Of a stretch of DNA of 64,000 nucleotides, positions 18,474 to 25,919 are shown one piece after another. The DNA lies in the NCBI GenBank assembly GCA_016207165.1, contig JACQQD010000009.1, forward strand, positions 1-64,000, in the 5' to 3' direction. Positions within the stretch are counted from its first letter, which is position 1. Each line of letters opens with the position of its first letter. This stretch comes from Candidatus Micrarchaeota archaeon (lineage in GTDB: Archaea > Micrarchaeota > Micrarchaeia > Norongarragalinales > Norongarragalinaceae). The notes under the pieces are model-generated. The model saw nothing but the letters and a program-made list of their open reading frames with translations, did not search any database and had not been told where the DNA came from. A program made the position numbers and the translations under genes.

Positions 18474-18824
18474 ATGGCTCGATTTGTTCTGCGTGAGGAT
18501 TCCACCCGTCGCGTACTCCAGTTGCACGTGCCCAACGGCGAACGACATTCCCGGGAAGTCTGGAAAAGCGCGTTCGCGCAAGCCTTGGCGTACGCGGACC
18601 GCCTCATGGCCCAAAGCGGCGTGACGCCGCTAAGCGCCGGAACCTTTCTGAAAAGCCTTAGAACCCGCCGTGGGAACGGCCAGTACCTGTTCCACATCGG
18701 GTTTGAAGCGCTCTCCAGCCACACCGCCTTTGACCGCCTCGTTCTGCTGGATCACGTGTCCAACTATTTACGGGATAAGCACGTCATGTCCAGCGACCGG
18801 CTTGACGTGGAGCACGTATCATGA
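18474..18824 (+). CDS. Hypothetical Arg/His-rich protein (paralog of 18085-18465)
   Basis: ATG 18474. Pattern F.LR...VP...W..(V/A)FA..LA.A...LLD....LR...V.H.S is shared with the upstream gene. Confidence 0.65.
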   Translation: MARFVLREDSTRRVLQLHVPNGERHSREVWKSAFAQALAYADRLMAQSGVTPLSAGTFLKSLRTRRGNGQYLFHIGFEALSSHTAFDRLVLLDHVSNYLRDKHVMSSDRLDVEHVS

Positions 18825-18895
18825 ATTGCCGCCCAAGTTATTACGGAAGCGTGGTTCTGGATAGGTATTTAAAGCCTAATTCCGTCGCATGTAAT

Positions 18896-19128
18896 CCCGG
18901 AACTGGAATGCTTCGGGCAGGGAAGCGGCAAATCGGTTGCCCTGGAAAGGGTTCGAAGGCGTTCGGCCTCCGTTCTGCGTCGGCCATCAAGGCGATGACT
19001 GGGCTATAACTCATCGCTGGAAATCTACGCAAAACGAGCTTGGATTCCTCGAGAAGGAGATAACCTCTAAATCGACCCGGTAGATTAAGTCTGCACCGGC
19101 GTGTTCATTGAGGCACTCCATCACCGGG
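18896..19128 (+). ncRNA. Candidate structured ncRNA of unknown class (about 233 nt)
   Basis: TATTTAAA box at about 18866-18873. The 5' and 3' ends pair (CCCGG..TGGA.TGCTTC / GAGGCA.TCCA..CCGGG), there are at least 5 internal helices, and no convincing ORF. Confidence 0.6.
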
Positions 19129-19168
19129 CCCATTTTCCCTGTAAAAGACTTTTTTTCAAGTGAATACA

Positions 19169-19288
19169 ATGGCAAGCAAGAAATCGAAGAAGCACGTCGG
19201 CGGACGCCGACAAAGCGGCAAGTCCAAAGCCAGCAAAGTCAAGAAACTCAAGGCCTTGGCGAAGAAAGGCAAAAAGTCCCGAAAGTAA
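19169..19288 (+). CDS. Small Lys-rich basic peptide (39 aa, MASKKSKKHVGGRRQSGKSKASKVKKLKALAKKGKKSRK)
   Basis: Hand-translated. GTGA RBS-like motif upstream, host-like codons (AAG, GTC, TCC), T-tract after the stop. Confidence 0.6.
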   Translation: MASKKSKKHVGGRRQSGKSKASKVKKLKALAKKGKKSRK

Positions 19289-19309
19289 CTCTGGATTTTT
19301 TTTAACGCC

Positions 19310-20029
19310 TTACTGTTGTTGCAGTGAATAATACACGCGCTTGTTTTTGGATCCTTTGTTCTCGATTTTTTCAAGCTTTATCTGCCCGATTTCCTTGACG
19401 TTTCGCACGTGGCAGCCTCCGTCGGCCTGGATGTCAATTCCTGGAATCTCGACGATGCGAAGCTCTTTGACTGCCGGAGGCAGGACGTTGGCTAACTTCA
19501 CGATTCCGGGAATCTTGAAGGCCTCGTCTCTTGGAAGCGTGTAAATTTTCAGTTCCACGTCTTTTTGCAGTTGCTGGTTTGCATAAGCGATGCCAGCTTC
19601 AATAGCTTCTTTTTCAGCTCCGGTCTCGCAGTTGAAATCCACGCGCGTCTGGTCCTCGCCGATTTGGTTGCCCGTCAACTGAAAGCCTTTTTCGTGCATG
19701 GCGGACGCCAACACGTGCGTGGCGGTGTGCATGCGGATGATCTTGTACCGGTAATCCCAATTGATTTCCGCGGTGACTTCGTCGCCCACGCTCAACCCGT
19801 CGGCGTTCTGAAGCGTGTGCCAGACTTTCCCGGTTTCGCGGTCTTTTTTGACGTCGGAAACCACGAACTCCGCGCCGCCTTTCTTTAAAACGCCTTGGTC
19901 GCATGGAACGCCCCCTCCGGTGGCGTAAAACACGGTTTGGTCCAGTTCCACTTGGTTGGGTTGGACAGAACTAATTTTGGCGGTGCAGGTTTTTTGGTAC
20001 GCGTCATCCAGGCACAAGAGTTTCGTCAA
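19310..20029 (-). CDS. alaXM: Alanyl-tRNA editing protein AlaX-M
   Basis: LDQTVFYATGGG, RMHTATH, ADGGCHV zinc-editing motifs. GGTGA RBS before TTG. Confidence 0.93.
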   Translation of the reverse strand: MTKLLCLDDAYQKTCTAKISSVQPNQVELDQTVFYATGGGVPCDQGVLKKGGAEFVVSDVKKDRETGKVWHTLQNADGLSVGDEVTAEINWDYRYKIIRMHTATHVLASAMHEKGFQLTGNQIGEDQTRVDFNCETGAEKEAIEAGIAYANQQLQKDVELKIYTLPRDEAFKIPGIVKLANVLPPAVKELRIVEIPGIDIQADGGCHVRNVKEIGQIKLEKIENKGSKNKRVYYSLQQQ

Positions 20030-20102
20030 TGCAATTCACCTTCAAGAAAAGTTTTTTTTGCCTTCACGTAGGAAGGGGGAATCCGGAGGACCGTGAAACT
20101 GA

Positions 20103-20126
20103 AGGGGGAAACCTGGGTTTCCCCCT
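20103..20126. repeat. Perfect inverted repeat AGGGGGAAACC-TG-GGTTTCCCCCT between tRNA-Ala and alaX
   Basis: 11-bp arms seen directly, enclosed by a further GGACCGT/GCGGTTC pairing. Confidence 0.7.
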
Positions 20127-20136
20127 GCGGTTCCGA

Positions 20137-20208
20137 TGGACTCGGCGGGAGTCGAACCCGCAACCTCCTCCATGCCATGGAGGCAGTCTACCATTGACCT
20201 ACGAGCCC
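20137..20208 (-). tRNA. tRNA-Ala(GGC)
   Basis: Acceptor GGGCTCG/CGAGTCC with G3:U70, anticodon arm CCTCC-ATGGCAT-GGAGG, GTTCGAC T-loop. Confidence 0.96.
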
Positions 20209-20257
20209 CTAAGAAGTTGGAAAACTCTTTTGTTTGGCCTGCTTTTAAAGCGACGGC

Positions 20258-20617
20258 TTACTGGCCCTTGAAGATGGCTTCAATGCCTCCCTTTGGGCCT
20301 TTTCCGGCGTAGCGGGGAATCAAGTGGAAATGAACGTGGTGGATGGTGCGGCCCGCGGCTTCGCCTTCGTTGACCGCAATGTTGTACGCGTCGGGGTGGT
20401 GTTTGGCGTCAAGGGTTTTCTTGACGTGTTCCAGCGCGTCCTTGGCGTCCGCGGCTTCGTGGTCCGTCAATTCAAAAAACGATACTTTGTGCGTCTTGAG
20501 GATGACGAGGCTGTGGCCTGGGGATGCGGGGTACTTGTCGGCGATTCCGTACCAGGAATCGTTTTCGTAGAGGTAGTTTTCCGTGTTGTTCTTGAGTTTG
20601 CAGAAGAGGCAGTTCAT
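20258..20617 (-). CDS. HIT family hydrolase
   Basis: MNCLFC, PGHSLVI, AGRTIHHVHFHLIPR (HxHxH). Confidence 0.93.
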   Translation of the reverse strand: MNCLFCKLKNNTENYLYENDSWYGIADKYPASPGHSLVILKTHKVSFFELTDHEAADAKDALEHVKKTLDAKHHPDAYNIAVNEGEAAGRTIHHVHFHLIPRYAGKGPKGGIEAIFKGQ

Positions 20618-20619
20618 TC

Positions 20620-20886
20620 CTATTTTTCGCTCCATTCTCCTTTTGGGTGCCAGTACTGGTTTCCTTCCACTGCGTTTTTGATGTATTCGCGGACGAGGTC
20701 GCCCAATTGCTCTTCAAGGTATTCGGGTGGATACGTTAAATGGGGCTCGACCAACTGTTGCCGTCCCACGGTAGGGTACACGAAGTTCCGGATGCCGAGC
20801 TTGTGTCGTGTTAGTCTTTCACCAACTAGCCCGTGTTCTTCCAATTTCCTGTCAAGCCATTCCGCCGATTTAATGTATTCGTCCAT
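20620..20886 (-). CDS. Hypothetical protein
   Basis: 88-aa ORF in an apparent operon between LSm and HIT. Confidence 0.6.
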   Translation of the reverse strand: MDEYIKSAEWLDRKLEEHGLVGERLTRHKLGIRNFVYPTVGRQQLVEPHLTYPPEYLEEQLGDLVREYIKNAVEGNQYWHPKGEWSEK

Positions 20887-20897
20887 GGGGTGTTTTC

Positions 20898-21122
20898 CTA
20901 CGCCGGCGAGACGTAGATGATGGTGTCGCCTCGGACCAAGAGGGTGCCGACTTTTCGTTTGACGTCGCCGTCCACGAGTTCTTCCGCGTTTTCCAGCACC
21001 AAATTCATGTGCACGTCAAAGGATGACAGGGTTCCCCGGATTTCGAAGTTGCTTTTCATGCGGATGAGCACGCTGTTTCCCAAGGAATTGTTGAGCACGT
21101 CGAACGGTCTTTTTTCGGCCAA
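20898..21122 (-). CDS. Sm-like (LSm/SmAP1) RNA-binding protein
   Basis: RPFDVL, GTLSSFDVHMNLVLENAEE, LLVRGDTIIYVSP. Confidence 0.95.
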   Translation of the reverse strand: MAEKRPFDVLNNSLGNSVLIRMKSNFEIRGTLSSFDVHMNLVLENAEELVDGDVKRKVGTLLVRGDTIIYVSPA

Positions 21123-21132
21123 AAAAAATCAC

Positions 21133-21924
21133 CTATTGTTTTTTCCGGAACAAGTTGCGGAAAGAGTCAAGGATACTGCGGATGAATCCTTTTTTAACGT
21201 TTGTTTCCGGCAAAACAATCTTGGCGCCGGAGAGTTGTTCCGCGAGTTTCCCCAAGCTCAGCATGAATGGCGTGTGCGGGGCAAGGAGGGCCACGGGTTT
21301 CTGCAACGCGGAGGCGCGTCGGACGTTTCGGTCTTCGGGAAGCATGGCGGCGATCTTGATTCCCAGCAGGGCTTCCATGTCTTGCTTCTTGATTTCCGCG
21401 GGGTCATTCAACACCATGTTGGCGATGGCGCCGTGGATTTTGACCCCCTTTCGCTCCAAGTAGTTTTTGACTTTCAATCCGTCGGCCAACGCCGGCGGTT
21501 CGGGGGTCAGAAGCACGTAGGCTTCCTGCGCGGCGTCCATGGCGGCTTTGGCGTCCTCCATCCATCCCGGCGCGGCGTCGATGAACACGTAATCGTATTC
21601 TTTTTCCAATGCGAGCACGGCCTTCTTGAGGCGGTGGTAGTCGGCTTTGGACAATTTTTCCGTGGAGAGCGCGGAGGGCACGTACCTTAAACCAAAGGGG
21701 CCTTCGTAGACGGCGTCCTGGACTTCGTTTTCACCGGACAAGACGTCGTTCAGGGTGATGGGGATGCGTTCCACGTTCATCATTAGGCCGAGGTTGGCCA
21801 TGGCCACGTCGGCGTCAATGATGACGACTTTCTTGCCGTTCTTGGCCAACAACAAGCCCAAGTTCAGCGACACCGAGCTTTTGCCGACGCCTCCTTTGCC
21901 GGAAGCAAACACGATGCTCTTCAT
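21133..21924 (-). CDS. minD: MinD family ATPase
   Basis: Deviant Walker A SGKGGVGKS, IDADVAMANL, C-terminal amphipathic helix FIRSILDSFRNLF. Confidence 0.93.
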   Translation of the reverse strand: MKSIVFASGKGGVGKSSVSLNLGLLLAKNGKKVVIIDADVAMANLGLMMNVERIPITLNDVLSGENEVQDAVYEGPFGLRYVPSALSTEKLSKADYHRLKKAVLALEKEYDYVFIDAAPGWMEDAKAAMDAAQEAYVLLTPEPPALADGLKVKNYLERKGVKIHGAIANMVLNDPAEIKKQDMEALLGIKIAAMLPEDRNVRRASALQKPVALLAPHTPFMLSLGKLAEQLSGAKIVLPETNVKKGFIRSILDSFRNLFRKKQ

Positions 21925-22448
21925 TGATTGGTCTCCTCGTGGGTGGGCAGCTTTGCGGCGGGCGCGGTTTTCGTCAACTCGTACATCTTGAATTTTTTGC
22001 TGACGTCTTGCGGGGACGCGGTTTCCGCGTCTTTTCTGACTTCGTCTTCAAAAAATGGCGAGAATTCTTTGACTTTGACGTTGCGAAGCGCTTGTTCCTG
22101 GGGCACGAACACGCTGTCCTCGTTGAACGCCAACGCCAGATGCACTTGCTCGGACGTCAATTCGAACACTTCCAGCGTGCCGTGCTTGGCCGCGGTGGCG
22201 TTGACGAACCGCTGGAACGCTTTTTCACCGGAAAACGTTTTGTTGTAGGCGTAGTACTCGTAGGCCGCGCCCACGATTTTACCTTCATCCAACAAAAGCG
22301 TGGCTTCCTCGACGCCTTTTTGGCCTTTCACGGCCAAAGCCAGGTAGCCGGAGAAGCGCTTGCGGCGGAGTTCCTCGATGACTTTGAACGCGTCGGTGGA
22401 CGCGTTGTCCAAGTTCGTCTTGAAGGCCTTGCCGTATGGTAGATTCAT
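21921..22448 (-). CDS. DUF2226-like protein (MinD-associated)
   Basis: MNLPYGK..., FSGYLAL...G.EEATLLLDEGKIVGA pattern. Overlaps the minD start. Confidence 0.7.
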   Translation of the reverse strand: MNLPYGKAFKTNLDNASTDAFKVIEELRRKRFSGYLALAVKGQKGVEEATLLLDEGKIVGAAYEYYAYNKTFSGEKAFQRFVNATAAKHGTLEVFELTSEQVHLALAFNEDSVFVPQEQALRNVKVKEFSPFFEDEVRKDAETASPQDVSKKFKMYELTKTAPAAKLPTHEETNQ

Positions 22449-22556
22449 GTCCTGAAACCTTTGGCGTCTTTCCGGTGCGTATTACGGTTTCCGCCTTTAA
22501 ATATTGGGTTTTTGGGGTTCCGTCCCGTAAATCGGTTTTGTTAGGCTTTTCCGGCT

Positions 22557-23003
22557 TTAGTCGCGGAGGTTGACGACTTGGTCGGCGGTGTTCTGCATGG
22601 CGGTGGAGAAGTCCGGTTCCGTGCCGACCACGATGGTTTCCTTGCCGTGGGCCTTGGCCTTGGTTAGAAGCGGCTTGAAGTCGGAGTCCCTCGAAACGAT
22701 GGCCATGATTTCGATGTTGTCGTTGAAGATGTACTCCGTGGCCTCCACGGCCAACGCCACGTCGACGTCGCTTGGAACGATGACGACTTCAAATCCCTGG
22801 TTCGTCACGGCTTCAATGAGTTTGTCGGAGGCGTATTGGTCCAAAAACACTTTGGCGACTTTCAATTTTCCAAAGCGCTCCAGTTTTTTCTTGACTTGGC
22901 CCAAGTCGACGTTGAGCTCTTTTCTCAGCATGTTGGGGCCGTCGACGAAGCACGCCATGTGCTTTTCTTTTTTGGACAACGCTTCCCGTAGTTTTTTCAG
23001 CAT
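22557..23003 (-). CDS. NYN/PIN-like domain protein (TIGR00288-like)
   Basis: FVDGPNMLRKE, SDVDVALAV, SRDSDFKP. Confidence 0.9.
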   Translation of the reverse strand: MLKKLREALSKKEKHMACFVDGPNMLRKELNVDLGQVKKKLERFGKLKVAKVFLDQYASDKLIEAVTNQGFEVVIVPSDVDVALAVEATEYIFNDNIEIMAIVSRDSDFKPLLTKAKAHGKETIVVGTEPDFSTAMQNTADQVVNLRD

Positions 23004-23010
23004 GGATTTT

Positions 23011-23406
23011 CTAACCCAGGTGTTTTTTCAATGCGGCTTGAAGATTCTTGACGAATGACCCTTCATCTGAGACGAATTCGTTTGCTCCAGATTGCATTGC
23101 CAATTCGGCTTGATTCGGGTTGCCGCTGGTCACCACGATCGGAATTTCTTTCCCTCGTTGTCGGATGCGTTTGATGAATTCGATGCCGCTGGGGGTCCGA
23201 ACGGTTCCCGCGTTGGTAATAACCAGTTCAACCATTCCTCGGTGCGCTTTCTCATTCAGGTGATTTTCTGCATCGGCATGGTCTGTGTACTCCGCAACTG
23301 GTTTTTCCGGATACTGGCGTTCTACAATGCCTGTAATGAGTTTCGCGTTCGACGAGCTCGTGTGCACGACGAGGACGTGCGGGCCTTCCATCCGTTTTAA
23401 TGCCAT
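23011..23406 (-). CDS. Atypical (pseudo-)response regulator receiver domain
   Basis: Receiver pattern VLVV..., ELVITN, SGIEFIKRIR, IPIVVTSG, GANEFV. The acidic pocket and phosphoacceptor Asp are absent. Confidence 0.75.
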   Translation of the reverse strand: MALKRMEGPHVLVVHTSSSNAKLITGIVERQYPEKPVAEYTDHADAENHLNEKAHRGMVELVITNAGTVRTPSGIEFIKRIRQRGKEIPIVVTSGNPNQAELAMQSGANEFVSDEGSFVKNLQAALKKHLG

Positions 23407-24146
23407 GAAAACACCTTTTCCGCGTTTTTCAGTATTTGGGTTTGCACGTCCTTTAAGTCTTTGTTTCGGGTCTTGGCGATAAAGCCGTAGGCTTCCCGCA
23501 CGTTGGCGGGTTCGTTAGTGGCGGCTTTGCCGTTTTCGTTTTTCCAGCCGTACGGCGAATCGGTTTCGCACAACAGTTGTTCCAGGGGCGCGTTTTGGGC
23601 GATCCAGGTTCGGTCCTTGCTTTGGACGGTTGGAAGGCTCAGAAAGCACCCTTGGTCCAAGGCGTTGGGCGCGAACTTTTTCTCTAGAAAGAAGTGCAGG
23701 ACTTTGGTGCAACGGTACGACGGCAGGAGATCCAGGACTTCTTGGACGGCGGCGCGGGTGTGGATGACGGCCGCCAATTTGTTTTCCTCGGCGAATTTCA
23801 GTTGGGCTTGGAAGACTTCTTTTTGGCGGGGCAAGTCTTGGGGTTTGAAGTAGTGTTGGTCCAACCCGATTTCGCCTACGGCGGAAAGCTCGTTGACGTG
23901 TTTTTCCAGAAAGGCCAGGTGGGCGTCCAGGGATTCGTTGGCGGCGTGAAAGGCATCCAGGCCGCAGGCCGCGAAAACGACGTCGGGGTTTTGTTTTTTG
24001 AGTTCCAGGGTTTTGGCGTTGGTATCCATGTTGGTGCCGTGGGTGACGCAGGCGGTTTGCGTGGTGCGCATGCGGTCCAAGATTTCAGGCAGGGTTTCGG
24101 CGAGTTTGGGGTGCTCCAGGTGGGCGTGGGCGTCGAAAAACGGCAT
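23397..24146 (-). CDS. tatD: TatD family nuclease
   Basis: DAHAH, GEIGLD, IHTR, ETDSPY, NEP. Confidence 0.92.
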   Translation of the reverse strand: MPFFDAHAHLEHPKLAETLPEILDRMRTTQTACVTHGTNMDTNAKTLELKKQNPDVVFAACGLDAFHAANESLDAHLAFLEKHVNELSAVGEIGLDQHYFKPQDLPRQKEVFQAQLKFAEENKLAAVIHTRAAVQEVLDLLPSYRCTKVLHFFLEKKFAPNALDQGCFLSLPTVQSKDRTWIAQNAPLEQLLCETDSPYGWKNENGKAATNEPANVREAYGFIAKTRNKDLKDVQTQILKNAEKVFSWH

Positions 24147-24226
24147 AAACCGGGTTTTGGGCGATGCTTTAAATAAGGGTTTTTACCCTCATTGGCTGGA
24201 GCATTACTAGATTGAGGTGTTTCTTT

Positions 24227-24625
24227 TTGTCGGAGAAAATCTTTGGTTCCATGGGGGACTTGCGGATCGGAAAATACGTCATCATCGAGGACGAGCCGTG
24301 CCGTATTGTCAGCATGGACAAGTCCAAGCCCGGAAAGCACGGGGCGGCCAAGATTCGCGTGGAAGCCATGGGCCTGTTTACCGGCAACAAGCGGTCCCTG
24401 GCGAAGTCCTCGGATGCCGACGTGGAAATTCCAATCATCGAGCGAAAGCGCGCGCAGGTGGTCAGCCAGACGGGTACCATTGCGCAACTCATGGACTTGA
24501 CGTCGTACGAGACGTTTGATGTCGCGATTCCCGCGGATTTTGTGGGCGTGGAAGTCGGAAAGGAAATCCAGTACATGGAAGTCATGGGAAAGCGCTTGTT
24601 GTTGCGTGTCTACGACTCGGAGTAA
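24227..24625 (+). CDS. eif5a: Translation factor aIF-5A
   Basis: KSKPGKHGAAK hypusination motif. TTG start after a GAGGTG RBS. Confidence 0.95.
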   Translation: MSEKIFGSMGDLRIGKYVIIEDEPCRIVSMDKSKPGKHGAAKIRVEAMGLFTGNKRSLAKSSDADVEIPIIERKRAQVVSQTGTIAQLMDLTSYETFDVAIPADFVGVEVGKEIQYMEVMGKRLLLRVYDSE

Positions 24626-24641
24626 AGGGTCCTTTTTTGTT

Positions 24642-25919
24642 ATGCTTGAACTGCGCTTCATCCGGGAAAATTCAGAGCAAGTCAGGGCGAACCTGGAAAA
24701 GCGGGGTCAACCCGCCCTTTTGTCGGCTTTGGACGCCTTGCTTTCGGCGGACGCATGCCACCGCGACGTTTTGAAGTCCGTGGAAGCGCTTCGGCAACGC
24801 CGCAACTTGATTTCGCGGGACATCAACGCGTTAAAGAAGGCCGGAAAAGACGCGTCCAAACTCTTGCGGGAAGCCCAAGACTTGCCAAAGAAGTTGGCGC
24901 AAGCCGAACAACTTGAGCAGGCCCAGCGTGGCCAGGTTCTTGCCCTGCAACGCCAAATCCCGAACCTCTTGCACGACTCCGTGCCTTTTGGCGCCGATGA
25001 GTCCGGAAACGAGTTGGTGCGGGAGTGGGGCGGCAAAACGATTCCGGATTTCGCCGTGCAAAGCCACGTGGACCTCATTGAAAAGCTGGGCGTGGCGGAT
25101 TTGTCGCGCGCGTCCAAGACCAGCGGCGCCCGGTTTTACTTTTTGAAAAACCAGTTGGTGTTATTGGATTTGGCGCTCCAGCGCTTGGCCCTGGATTTCC
25201 TGGTGAAAAAGAAATTCACTCCCGTCTACCCCCCGTTCTTGATGCGGCGCGGGCCGTACGAAGGCGTCACGGATTTGGGCGCGTTTGAAGACGTGCTTTA
25301 CAAGATTGAAGGAGAAGACTTGTACCTCATTGCCACCTCCGAGCATCCCCTGGCCGCCATGCACCAAGACGAAGTGCTTTCGGAAGACGGCTTGCCGTTG
25401 AAGTATGCCGGCATTTCCACTTGTTTCAGGAAGGAAGCCGGAGCGCACGGGAAAGACACGAAAGGCATTTTCCGCGTGCACCAGTTCTCCAAAGTCGAAC
25501 AATTCGTTTTTTGCAAGCCCGAGGACTCGTGGGAAATCCACGAAGAACTGCTGGACAACGCCGAACAAATCGCCCGGAAACTCGAGGTTCCCTACCGCGT
25601 GGTCAACATCTGCACCGGCGACATTGGCGCCGTGGCGTCCAAGAAATACGACGTCGAGGCGTGGATGCCGGCGCAAAACGCGTACCGGGAAATCGTTTCA
25701 TGCAGCAATTGCACGGCGTACCAGTCCGTGGCGTTGAACGTGAAGTTCGGCAAGTACGGCGGCGACAAACAGTACGTGCACACGTTGAACGCGACGGCAT
25801 TGGCCAATCCCCGCATGATGGTGGCCATCCTTGAAAACTTTCAGCAGTCCGACGGCTCCGTGAAAATGCCGAAAGCATTGCACAAATACTTGCCGTTCAA
25901 GGAAATCGCGGTTTCATGA
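24642..25919 (+). CDS. serS: Serine--tRNA ligase
   Basis: LIATSEHPL, FRKEAG..G.DTKGIFRVHQFSKVEQF, EIVSCSNC, HTLNATA. Confidence 0.97.
   Translation: MLELRFIRENSEQVRANLEKRGQPALLSALDALLSADACHRDVLKSVEALRQRRNLISRDINALKKAGKDASKLLREAQDLPKKLAQAEQLEQAQRGQVLALQRQIPNLLHDSVPFGADESGNELVREWGGKTIPDFAVQSHVDLIEKLGVADLSRASKTSGARFYFLKNQLVLLDLALQRLALDFLVKKKFTPVYPPFLMRRGPYEGVTDLGAFEDVLYKIEGEDLYLIATSEHPLAAMHQDEVLSEDGLPLKYAGISTCFRKEAGAHGKDTKGIFRVHQFSKVEQFVFCKPEDSWEIHEELLDNAEQIARKLEVPYRVVNICTGDIGAVASKKYDVEAWMPAQNAYREIVSCSNCTAYQSVALNVKFGKYGGDKQYVHTLNATALANPRMMVAILENFQQSDGSVKMPKALHKYLPFKEIAVS

Noticed and set aside
18896-19128. RNase P, SRP, group I intron or c-di-GMP-I riboswitch identity for the structured RNA
   Set aside because: Only fragmentary resemblance (GGCAAA, ACGCAAA, AGATTAAGTCT). 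The defining conserved cores are missing or misplaced.
17948-20208. Integrated element between tRNA-Val and tRNA-Ala
   Set aside because: No integrase and no duplicated tRNA 3' end. The orphan genes lie on the 5' side of tRNA-Val.
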